Source of the DNA: Fimbriimonas sp.
GTDB lineage: Bacteria > Armatimonadota > Fimbriimonadia > Fimbriimonadales > Fimbriimonadaceae
Length of the DNA: 64,000 nt
Reading direction: 5' to 3'
Assembly: GCA_031292555.1 (NCBI GenBank)
Contig: JARLGV010000032.1
Location: forward strand, 6,651-70,650
How positions within the stretch are numbered: the first letter of the stretch is position 1; each line of letters begins with the position of its first letter. Shown in pieces: positions 28,055-36,735 of this stretch. The notes under the pieces are model-generated. The model ran no database searches, was not told the origin of the DNA, and was given only the letters and a program-made list of their open reading frames with translations. Both the position numbers and the translations under genes were made by a program.

Positions 28055-29449
28055 ATGCCCTATCTATTTCCTGTCCTTATCACCAAAGACCTCGGAGCTT
28101 CGTATGGCAGAGACGCTTCCGGCATCCAGGGCATCGAACTCAATATCGAGCCCGGAACGATTCATGCAGTCGTTGGATTCAGCGGTTCTGGCAAAACGAC
28201 TCTTGCCAACGTGCTAACCGGGGTGGTCGAGCATTCCTCGGGCACTATTCACGTAAACGGCCAACTAACTACTCCAAAAGAGCTAAAGGACGCTGCCGCG
28301 AAGGGAATCCGCGTCATTCACCCTGCCAGAGTTTCGTCCGGCAAGATGACGGTTGCGGAGGCGCTCCACATGGAGGGCATTCCGTCTCATTTTGGGCTGC
28401 CTGACGTAAAAGAACGTAACCGCCGCGCCGCTGCCTCTTTGGGAGCCTTCGGGCTTGCCGACATCGATCCGACTGACCTGATCTGCTCTTTGCCGGCTGG
28501 AAAGCAACTGCTCGTCAGCGCCGCAGCAGCGATGTCCAAACCCAACGCGCTCCTCATCCTGGATGACGCCACCTCGGCCCTGACGAATTCCGAGGCTCAC
28601 ATCCTCTACACCCTATTAGGGCAGCAACGGACGGCCCGAGTTGCGATCCTCTTCCTGACATCGGACCCCGAAGAGGCTCTCGAAGTCGGGGATTCCGTAA
28701 CGGTGCTACGCGATGGCAGGCAGATTGCGACTCACGATCCTGAGCAGGTCTTTGCTGCCCAGATCGTGGGTGAAATGCTGGGCCGGGACATATCGGCCGA
28801 ACCAACGAATGTGAGCCGCCCCTGCGGGCCCGAGACAGTTATGCGTGTGGAAGGGCTGAACGTGGAGCATGCCGTATTTGGATTGAGCCTGAAGCTTCGA
28901 AGAGGCGAGGTATTTGGCCTCCTCGGCCTATACGGGGCGGGACAATCCGAAACCGTGAACGCCATCGGCTGCGCCTTGCCCCGCAACGACGGCGAGTTCT
29001 ACCTCAGAGCAGCGTCGCTACCGGCTCGTATCAAAACCCGCGAGCAGGCGCTCGCGAACGGTATCGGGCTGATCGCCGAACCGATCGGTCATCCTCCAGG
29101 TACGACGGCGCAGGTCCCTCAGTCGCTGATCGCCCGTTACGTGAGGGGGCTGAACGAATCGAATCCGCAAAAGGCCCCGATTCTGAACTGCCTACAAGCC
29201 AACTGCTTCGTTCTCTTGATGGATGGTCCGACGCGCGGCCTGAACGTTGCATGCCGATTCGAGGTCTATCGAACGATCATGGACCTGTCTAGCCAAGGCT
29301 ATTCGATGATAGCGGCTTCGACAAATGCCGACGAACTAATGCGTTACTGCGATCGTATTGGGATCATGGTCAACGGCCGCATCATTCGGACAGTAGAACG
29401 AACCGACTTCAGGCTGGATCGGCTAACAGCCATTCTGAAGGGCTCGTAG
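28055..29449 (+). CDS. Degenerate CUT2 sugar-ABC ATP-binding protein (RbsA-like)
   Basis: Walker A GFSGSGKTT intact; Walker B LILDDA, H-loop TSDPEE and second signature LNESNPQK are all altered. Confidence 0.75.
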   Translation: MPYLFPVLITKDLGASYGRDASGIQGIELNIEPGTIHAVVGFSGSGKTTLANVLTGVVEHSSGTIHVNGQLTTPKELKDAAAKGIRVIHPARVSSGKMTVAEALHMEGIPSHFGLPDVKERNRRAAASLGAFGLADIDPTDLICSLPAGKQLLVSAAAAMSKPNALLILDDATSALTNSEAHILYTLLGQQRTARVAILFLTSDPEEALEVGDSVTVLRDGRQIATHDPEQVFAAQIVGEMLGRDISAEPTNVSRPCGPETVMRVEGLNVEHAVFGLSLKLRRGEVFGLLGLYGAGQSETVNAIGCALPRNDGEFYLRAASLPARIKTREQALANGIGLIAEPIGHPPGTTAQVPQSLIARYVRGLNESNPQKAPILNCLQANCFVLLMDGPTRGLNVACRFEVYRTIMDLSSQGYSMIAASTNADELMRYCDRIGIMVNGRIIRTVERTDFRLDRLTAILKGS

Positions 29450-29581
29450 CGGCTTTCGAGCCTTTCAGAATGGTAGTGTTCCTGCAGCGCTGTGCCATTC
29501 GCGAGACCGACACAGGAATGCGGCAGCTACGGGCGAAAGGTCTGTACGATCCGTCCGGCGACACCAATGCCTCGATGACAG

Positions 29582-32500
29582 CTACGCGAACGCGATCTCC
29601 AGCGATTGCCCCGGCTTCAGCACGATGCCGCGCCCGAGAGACACGGTTGTGGATCGACCATCCTTCGTAAGGCTGGCGTCGACCTTCCGTCCATTCCTTG
29701 TAACCGTAACCGACCCCGTCGATTCGGTTTCGAGAGCGACCTGCTTCAGTGGAACCTTGCCCCAGGCGACTTCGATCCGTGCGGTTAGCTTTCCTGCATC
29801 GATCCGCTGCGAGTAGTTTCCCCAGCCCTCGGCGGTTGTGAAGGCGGTCCGGAAGTCGCCAGGAGTGATCCGAGGCGCAAATCCAAGGGCTTGCTTGGGT
29901 CCGTGATAATAGAATCCTCCCAGGGCCAAGAATACGCCCCAAGAGGCCATCGCTCGCGCATAATGGTCGCTGCATTCGACCTCGTTGTATGGGTTTCGCT
30001 TCATCGGGTGATAGCGCTCGTGTATCGCCCGACAAATCGCGAGCCCCTCTTCGACGAGGCCCTCCCAAACCATGTGGCCCGCCACCTGATATTCGATACC
30101 AGTCCACACTTCGTCGCGATACAGTACGGGCTCATTCTCTCGTCCGCCAATGGGCCAGGTGCATGTGAAAAGACCCGCCTCGCCCGGTAAAGCGAATGGG
30201 CGCTGCGGTGGCCAGCGCTTGTTCTGACCGGCGACGTCCGGCGCCCAGTTGTATTTCCAGATCGACTGAAGCCCTTTGACGACGCTCTCACGGGGGTAGA
30301 TGTAGCCGAGGCCCACCTGATGAGCCCAGCCCTGGCCGAACAGCTGATCCGAAAGGCATCCCGGTCCATACTGGAATTGCTTGTATTTGGACTCGTCGAC
30401 CTCTTGGATGAAGTATTCGCCGTTCCAAAGTCGCTTCATCGTCGCTTCGCTTCCTTTACGGAAGATCGTTCGGCACTGATCGGCAAACGCGGGGTCGCCG
30501 ACGTCTGTTGCCATTTCCTCGCCCGCTCTCAGGGCGCCCAGATACAGAGATCCGACAAACGTGTTGGCCCCGAAAAACTCGATATCGTAGGTGTTCGGTT
30601 GGGCGTCCTCGATTATCCCATCGCCGTTGCCGTCGTGGTGGATCAGAAACTCCAGCGCCTTCTTGATCCTCGGCCAGTATTGCTTCAGGTAACGGTCGTC
30701 AGGCGTCATCATGTGCTCCCGGTAGGCCTTGAGAATCGTTCCACATTGTCCGTCTGCCGCATATTCGCGATCGCTTCGCATTCCCACGAGGCCCGAAGTT
30801 TCGTCGAATCCCACGCCAAAGTCCGTTTCAGTTCGGATGTTTCGCTCCAAGTCGGGGAAGAGCCGGGAGAGCGTGTGTTCGTAATTCCAAACATGGGTGC
30901 AGGTCCCGTCGCAGCAGACTACGCCCTCCCAGCACCAGAACAAGCCGTTCTTCCGCCATTCCGTGACGCCCGTCGCGAGATTTCCCGCTGTCATGTGGAG
31001 GCGATCGAGTAGCCAGTAGGGGAGCGTCGAGTCGTAATAGGTGTCCCGCCAGAGCTTCGTGTCGCGGCTGAGTCGCTGGTAGTTCCGGCTAACGTAGCGG
31101 GCGACCGCTTCGGCGTCGGCGAACAGGTTGCAGTAGTTGTGGCCCTGGGGATGGTGAGGGAAGTTCCAGGTCAACACGAAGACAGCCTGGTGGCTGTTTC
31201 CAGGTTCTAGTCGGACGGTGAGCCCGCGCACTTCGCCGACATAAGGCTTGTCGAATCCGTAATCGGGATTGTCGTCGGCGTGGCCGGTGGCCAGCAACGA
31301 GAGCGCCAGCGTCCCTGTGTCGAGATTGGCGTCCACATGCCTGGCATTCAAATCCTCCTTCGACTCGATGCGGTCCGACTGGGAGATCTGGTCAATGTTG
31401 ATGTGCCCCCATCCTCCCGTGGCGTTGTCAACGATCTCGATTCGGGCTTTGAGTCCGGCCAGATCGCCGACACTCCAGGTATCCCACATGAGTTTCTCGT
31501 CGTTGAGCCCGGTAGAGGTTCGTACGACCTTGCCGTCGACGACAAGGTTGATGCATTCTTTGCCTGGTTGGTTTCCTCCGCCAATTTTGAAGTTAATGAA
31601 GTCACGTTCGATCGTGAACTCGGGTGAAGTTAGCTTGCCGGTCGTGCCGTCACCCTTGTAGTAAGTGTTGACGAGCCCTTTCCCGACGAATCCGCTAACC
31701 GGATTCTGGTTGTCAAGCGTGCCTTTTGCCGGACCCGAACCGAATGCTTCCCCTTCCACAATCCAATCGCCGTACGTTTCTCCTTCAAAATCGGCGAGAA
31801 GCTTCTGGTTTCGAGGGTTGGGGCGCTCCGCCATCATGTCGTGCAGCGAGGAGTCTGCCGAGTGGAGCATGCAGGTAATGCCATCGGCTGACGATGCCCG
31901 TGTATGTCGCTTCCGGTTGCCCAGGTGACCGTCACCGGAGCGGGAACAGGCGTTCTCGAGAAATGCTGCCAAATCCACGTCAAGTGCCTCGGACGACTTG
32001 TTTTGCACCGAGACTTCGAAGATCGTCGCCGGCAGCGCCGAATCCTTCGCGTTGAGGGGGATGAAAGGGGAATACGCGATGAGCTTAGCTTCGAATGGAC
32101 AAGAGGGGTCTTGATAAACGACTGTTCCAACCGGATAGGTGCCGTTGAACTGGATCTGGTGAAAGCTCGACTTGTCTAGCTGCCACGTCTTCCCGCCCGC
32201 ATTCACCTTGAACCCGAACTGCGCTAGCTTGGGGATCGGGCGTAGCGCGTAGCTGTAGGGTCCTTCGTTCTGATACTCGTGATGATTGAACAGCTCCCAG
32301 CAGCCAAGCGTTCCGTCTCCACACAAATACAACTGGCCCGTTGCGATTCCGCCGACCGGCATTCCAATCGCATCCAACGCTTCTGCGGTCCAGATCTCCT
32401 TTTCCCCCTTCTGGAATAGCGCGGCGCGCCACTCTGCCGTGAGGTTCTTGTCGGCAGGGACCTTGTGCTCTTGGACGACCAATGTTCCATCTTGCAGGAC

Positions 32501-32584
32501 GGCAAGGATCTTGCCGGGAAATCCGAAGGTGAGGGTGGCCCCTCCGGCCATCTTGAGTATTGTTCTGCGTGAAATCTCTTTCAT
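29582..32584 (-). CDS. GH116 (GBA2-type beta-glucosidase/glucosylceramidase) with Tat signal and an inserted CBM-like module
   Basis: SRRTILK Tat-like motif; IGMPVGGIATG, WCWEG..CDGTCTHVWNY, AADGQCG, NTYDI, YRDEVWTG, NPYNEVECSDHYAR. Confidence 0.88.
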   Translation of the reverse strand: MKEISRRTILKMAGGATLTFGFPGKILAVLQDGTLVVQEHKVPADKNLTAEWRAALFQKGEKEIWTAEALDAIGMPVGGIATGQLYLCGDGTLGCWELFNHHEYQNEGPYSYALRPIPKLAQFGFKVNAGGKTWQLDKSSFHQIQFNGTYPVGTVVYQDPSCPFEAKLIAYSPFIPLNAKDSALPATIFEVSVQNKSSEALDVDLAAFLENACSRSGDGHLGNRKRHTRASSADGITCMLHSADSSLHDMMAERPNPRNQKLLADFEGETYGDWIVEGEAFGSGPAKGTLDNQNPVSGFVGKGLVNTYYKGDGTTGKLTSPEFTIERDFINFKIGGGNQPGKECINLVVDGKVVRTSTGLNDEKLMWDTWSVGDLAGLKARIEIVDNATGGWGHINIDQISQSDRIESKEDLNARHVDANLDTGTLALSLLATGHADDNPDYGFDKPYVGEVRGLTVRLEPGNSHQAVFVLTWNFPHHPQGHNYCNLFADAEAVARYVSRNYQRLSRDTKLWRDTYYDSTLPYWLLDRLHMTAGNLATGVTEWRKNGLFWCWEGVVCCDGTCTHVWNYEHTLSRLFPDLERNIRTETDFGVGFDETSGLVGMRSDREYAADGQCGTILKAYREHMMTPDDRYLKQYWPRIKKALEFLIHHDGNGDGIIEDAQPNTYDIEFFGANTFVGSLYLGALRAGEEMATDVGDPAFADQCRTIFRKGSEATMKRLWNGEYFIQEVDESKYKQFQYGPGCLSDQLFGQGWAHQVGLGYIYPRESVVKGLQSIWKYNWAPDVAGQNKRWPPQRPFALPGEAGLFTCTWPIGGRENEPVLYRDEVWTGIEYQVAGHMVWEGLVEEGLAICRAIHERYHPMKRNPYNEVECSDHYARAMASWGVFLALGGFYYHGPKQALGFAPRITPGDFRTAFTTAEGWGNYSQRIDAGKLTARIEVAWGKVPLKQVALETESTGSVTVTRNGRKVDASLTKDGRSTTVSLGRGIVLKPGQSLEIAFA

Positions 32585-32588
32585 AGAG

Positions 32589-33134
32589 TTACCTTTTCTG
32601 AGTCGTCGTCGATTCCAAAACTGTTGTCGTGCTCTGAAGCCGCCACCCCTTGTCAGAGTGCTTCCACCGATCGAGATATTCGTGTCGATGGATCGACAAT
32701 CCTCTGCCCTCGGCCAGCGTCGACGTCATCGTCTCGATCGCATCCACCTCCACGATTGGCCCCTTTGTCGCGAGCTTCTTGATCCGAGTGCCATATTGGG
32801 TGAGGTCTCGTGGGTTCGACTTTCTTAGCTTGAGGTAGGAGACATAGGCTCCGTACTTCATCGTGTCGCGATCGTAGGTAGTCAGGGTGTAGTCGGGCGA
32901 GAGGATGTCCAGGAGAGTATCTAGGTCGTTCGACATGTATGCAACCGACCACCGGTCATACTGCCGCTGGATCTCCTTTCGAACATCGGAATGGGCGTTC
33001 GCTAAAGCCGCCACCATCACGAGCGAGGAAAGTAGGATCGGCCTTAGGCTCACTCTGGCGGAAGACGTCGCCCACCCATCCCGATCGAGATTTGGGATGC
33101 TTCGCCCGATTGGGATGGATGGAAGCGACTGCAA
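32589..33134 (-). CDS. Secreted NTF2-like / DUF4440 protein
   Basis: Signal-like ILLSSLVMVAALANA; EIQRQYDRW..AY..D..L..ILSPDY; D.W....KGWRL; true start probably near 33053. Confidence 0.7.
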   Translation of the reverse strand: MQSLPSIPIGRSIPNLDRDGWATSSARVSLRPILLSSLVMVAALANAHSDVRKEIQRQYDRWSVAYMSNDLDTLLDILSPDYTLTTYDRDTMKYGAYVSYLKLRKSNPRDLTQYGTRIKKLATKGPIVEVDAIETMTSTLAEGRGLSIHRHEYLDRWKHSDKGWRLQSTTTVLESTTTQKR

Positions 33135-33140
33135 GATGCG

Positions 33141-34130
33141 TTAATCCTTTCGTACACGTAGCCGGTCGATCGCAACGGAAAGCACGATGATGCCGCCAGT
33201 GACCATCTGTTCGACCCAGTTGTCCAATCCCATCTGGGCACAGCCAGTACTGATCGTCGTCATGATCCATGCGCCAAGTAAGGAACCAAGAATCGAGCCC
33301 TGTCCGCCATTAAGGCTCGCGCCTCCAATGACGACGGCTGCAATGACCTTAAGTTCGAGTCCATCTGCCGCGGTTGGATCGCCGAGCGTCAGCCGTGAAT
33401 ACTGCATCAGGCCAGCTAATCCTACCAAAAGACCGGCAAGAACATAGACGGCCAACTTGACTCGCTCGATCGGCACGCCGCAAAGTCGGGCCGCTTGTTC
33501 GTTCGACCCAACTGCGACGATGTGTCGGCCGAACCGGGTGCGGCGCAGCATCAGGGCCACGATAACTGCAAAGATAACCGTTAGCCAGACGCCAACCGGG
33601 AGTAGCTGCCATATCGATTTCCAGGGAGCCGTGATGCTGAACTTCTCCGCCGTCGGCTGGCTCGTTAAATCGTTTAGCCACGATACGGGGCTGTCGATCG
33701 TTCGGTTGTGAGCGAGCCCTTTCGCTGCGCCTCTGACGAGTAAGTAGGTGCCCAAGGTAACGATGAACGGTACGACCTTCAGCCTCGTGATCAGAACGCC
33801 GTTGGCAAAGCCCCACAGCCCACCGGCGCCGATGCCGCAGATAAGGGCGATCCATGGGTTTTGATGAGCCTGGAGGAGGAGGCCGATTACGACGGTTACG
33901 AATGCGACCACCGAGCCGACCGAAAGATCGATGCCTCCGCTGATGATGATGCAAGTCATCCCGAGCGTCGCGATGGCGACGATCGTGTCCTGGCGGGCCA
34001 TTGTCTTGAAGTTGTCGAGAGAGTGGAAATTGGGCGGCGCTTTCCACCAGAAGAACGCGAAGATCCCGAGCCAAGCGATGACGAGGCCGGCAAGGTTGAA
34101 CACGCTGCTGTTCTTGATGAAACTCTTCAT
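33141..34130 (-). CDS. Monosaccharide ABC permease (RbsC-like)
   Basis: IISGGIDLSVGS, VPFIVTLG, TRFGRHIVAVGSN, AAVVIGGASL.GG.G. Confidence 0.93.
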   Translation of the reverse strand: MKSFIKNSSVFNLAGLVIAWLGIFAFFWWKAPPNFHSLDNFKTMARQDTIVAIATLGMTCIIISGGIDLSVGSVVAFVTVVIGLLLQAHQNPWIALICGIGAGGLWGFANGVLITRLKVVPFIVTLGTYLLVRGAAKGLAHNRTIDSPVSWLNDLTSQPTAEKFSITAPWKSIWQLLPVGVWLTVIFAVIVALMLRRTRFGRHIVAVGSNEQAARLCGVPIERVKLAVYVLAGLLVGLAGLMQYSRLTLGDPTAADGLELKVIAAVVIGGASLNGGQGSILGSLLGAWIMTTISTGCAQMGLDNWVEQMVTGGIIVLSVAIDRLRVRKD

Positions 34131-35590
34131 GCCCCGGCAGCCTCCCGGATAATCTCTTCTGCCCCGGTCTCATGCACGGCCTTGGTCTCGCCAAGCAAAC
34201 CCTTGTGCATCACTGCGATGCGATCACAAACTCCGAGCAACTCCGGAAGGTAGCTGCTGATCATGAGGACGGCCTTGCCCTGTAGCGCCAATTGGTCGAT
34301 CAACTGATAAATCGTCTCCTTGCTGCCGACGTCGATTCCACGGGTCGGCTCGTCTAGCAACATTACATCCACATCGTGATAGAGCAGTCGAGCGATCGCG
34401 ACTTTCTGCTGGTTGCCGCCTGACAGTTCGCCCACTATCTGTTGGGGGCCACGACACTTCACTCCCATTTTCGCGATCCATGTGTGGGAATCCTCAGACT
34501 GCTTTTGGCTTGACACAATAGGCGGAAGCTTGGTCATCGTCATGTTGTCGGCGATCGTCATCGAAATCGCCAAGCCTTCGAGCTTTCGATCTTCGCTGAG
34601 CATGCCCACGCCCTCGCTCCAGCGTTTTGCCGGCTTTGCCGTGCCCTCGATCGTGCCCACTCGAATTCGTCCCGACTTTACGACGTCAAGTCCGAAAATG
34701 CAGCGAGCCAATTCGGTCCGTCCAGACCCGTTCAGTCCGGCAATCCCTACGACCTCGCCTTTCCGCAGTTCCAGACTGGCGTCTTCCGGTTTCCTGGCCC
34801 CATGAAGCCCTTCGACTTTGAGCACGACTTCACCCGGATGCCGCTCTGATCGAGGATAGATCGTGTCGATCTTGCGTCCAACCATCATCGAAACGATCAT
34901 GTCGGTGTCGACCGCTCCGACCTTTGATTCGCCGACGTTCACGCCGTCTCGCAGGACGGTCATCTGGTCGCAGATCCGCTTGATCTCATCAAGAAAGTGG
35001 GAAATATAGATGATGGCGGTGCCCTTTTCTTTGAGGATGTTCACCACTTCGAAGAGCTTCTCTACATCCGCCTGAGTCAGGCTGCTCGTCGGCTCGTCCA
35101 GAACAACGATTTTCGAATCTAGGGCGACCGCCCGTGCGATTTCGACAAGTTGCCGTGTTGCAATTGGAAGGGAGCTGATTGGCGCATCTACGTTTAGCCC
35201 CACGATTCCGAGCATTCGTAACGCGTCCTCAGTCGTGCGTCGGCTGGCCTTGCGATCGATAACTCCGAACTGTTGCATCTCCATCCCGAGCAGCACGTTT
35301 TCTGCCGTCGACAGATGTGGACATAGGGCGAGTTCCTGATAGATCATCGCGATGCCAAGCCGCCGTGCTTCCATCGGATTGTGCGGAGCATACGGCTTGC
35401 CGTCGAATGTGATCGAACCAGAGTCGGGGTGAATGGCCCCCGAGAGAACGCGCATCAGGGTGCTCTTGCCCGATCCGTTCTCGCCGACCAGGGCATGAAC
35501 TTCGCCGCGCTCGACCTGGAGATTGACATTATCCAAAGCGACGGTCGCGCCGAACCGCTTGGAAATGTTCTGCATAGAGAGGAATGGCAT
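34127..35590 (-). CDS. Monosaccharide ABC ATP-binding protein (RbsA-like)
   Basis: GENGSGKST, LDEPT, ISH, LSGGNQQK, LDEPTRGIDVG. Confidence 0.95.
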   Translation of the reverse strand: MPFLSMQNISKRFGATVALDNVNLQVERGEVHALVGENGSGKSTLMRVLSGAIHPDSGSITFDGKPYAPHNPMEARRLGIAMIYQELALCPHLSTAENVLLGMEMQQFGVIDRKASRRTTEDALRMLGIVGLNVDAPISSLPIATRQLVEIARAVALDSKIVVLDEPTSSLTQADVEKLFEVVNILKEKGTAIIYISHFLDEIKRICDQMTVLRDGVNVGESKVGAVDTDMIVSMMVGRKIDTIYPRSERHPGEVVLKVEGLHGARKPEDASLELRKGEVVGIAGLNGSGRTELARCIFGLDVVKSGRIRVGTIEGTAKPAKRWSEGVGMLSEDRKLEGLAISMTIADNMTMTKLPPIVSSQKQSEDSHTWIAKMGVKCRGPQQIVGELSGGNQQKVAIARLLYHDVDVMLLDEPTRGIDVGSKETIYQLIDQLALQGKAVLMISSYLPELLGVCDRIAVMHKGLLGETKAVHETGAEEIIREAAGA

Positions 35591-35627
35591 CTTTGGTGAA
35601 CGAGAACGCGAGTGTTTACACGGTAAG

Positions 35628-35658
35628 GGCCGCCCACTCCAAGTCGGGTTGGGCGGCC
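35628..35658 (-). other. Intercistronic stem-loop after the binding-protein gene
   Basis: GGCCGCCCA / TGGGCGGCC 9-bp stem between the SBP and ATPase genes; typical mRNA-stabilising position. Confidence 0.55.
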
Positions 35659-35678
35659 AATGTCGATACCTTGCCGGT

Positions 35679-36719
35679 TTAGTCCTGAGGAGGAGCGACC
35701 AGCTTGGCGATGTCGGGTTGGCTCAAGTTGTCTTTGGTGACGAGAGTTGCGCCGGTATCCTCGTTCTTATCGAACGGCTTCTTGTTGATGACGTTCACCA
35801 TCGTCGTTACGCTGTCATGTCCCATCTTGAATGGGTTCTGGACGATTAGACCGTCGATCTCTCCCGCCTTCATACCGTCAATGAGCTTTGGCGAAGAATC
35901 GAAGCCAACGAACTTGACCTTGCCTGCCCACTTGTTCTCTTCAAGTACACGGAGCATGCCGAACGTGGTGGACTCGTTGGGGCAGTATATGCCTTGAGCT
36001 TGCAGCGAGCCGTCGGAGTTCTTGAACCCGCCGAGGAGGCCCTCCGCCTTCTGCTGAGCCGAGTCGGCCGTCGCGCCGCCCTCTTCGTTTGCGCTGAGAA
36101 CCTTGATGTTCTTGGCCTTGGATACGACGTCCATGAAGCCCTGCTCGCGGTCCATGGTGCTGGCCGACCCAGTCTCGTAACGGAGCATGATCACGCCGCC
36201 GCCCTTGGGCCCGAGGAGCTTGACCATCTCTTCGCCCGCCATCTGACCGCCCTTGTAATTGTTGGTCGCGACGTAGCTTGAGAACTTGTCGCTCTTGAGT
36301 GATGAGTCGATGATGACGACCGGAATTCCCGCCGCGACTGCCGCTTCGACCGGTTTTGCAAGCGCCTGATTGTCAAGCGGGGCGAGGACGATTCCGTCCA
36401 CCTTGTCGTTCACGAAGTCTTCGACAGTTTTGATCTGGTCTTCGCGATCGTCTTCCTTGAGTGGGCCCTTAAAGACGATTTCTACCTTCAGTTCGTCTGC
36501 TGCGGCGTTGGCGCCTGCATGCAGAGCCTTCCAATAGTCGTGCGTCGACCCCTTGGGGATGACCGCGATCTTCAGTTTCTTGGCTCCGCCGTTATCGGTC
36601 GAGGTGGCCGTCTTGCCGGTGTCTCCGGTAGACGAACTACTGCTGTCTCCCGAGCCGCACCCCACGGCCATGAGCAGGGCCATTCCTGCCGCTAAAGCTG
36701 CTCCATAACAATGCTTCAT
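35679..36719 (-). CDS. Sugar ABC substrate-binding lipoprotein (RbsB-like)
   Basis: Lipobox-like MAVGC, IAVIPKGSTHDYWK, DGIVLAP, VATNNYKGG, VQNPFKMG; GGAGG RBS. Confidence 0.93.
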   Translation of the reverse strand: MKHCYGAALAAGMALLMAVGCGSGDSSSSSTGDTGKTATSTDNGGAKKLKIAVIPKGSTHDYWKALHAGANAAADELKVEIVFKGPLKEDDREDQIKTVEDFVNDKVDGIVLAPLDNQALAKPVEAAVAAGIPVVIIDSSLKSDKFSSYVATNNYKGGQMAGEEMVKLLGPKGGGVIMLRYETGSASTMDREQGFMDVVSKAKNIKVLSANEEGGATADSAQQKAEGLLGGFKNSDGSLQAQGIYCPNESTTFGMLRVLEENKWAGKVKFVGFDSSPKLIDGMKAGEIDGLIVQNPFKMGHDSVTTMVNVINKKPFDKNEDTGATLVTKDNLSQPDIAKLVAPPQD

Positions 36720-36735
36720 CGATACCTCCTGTGTC

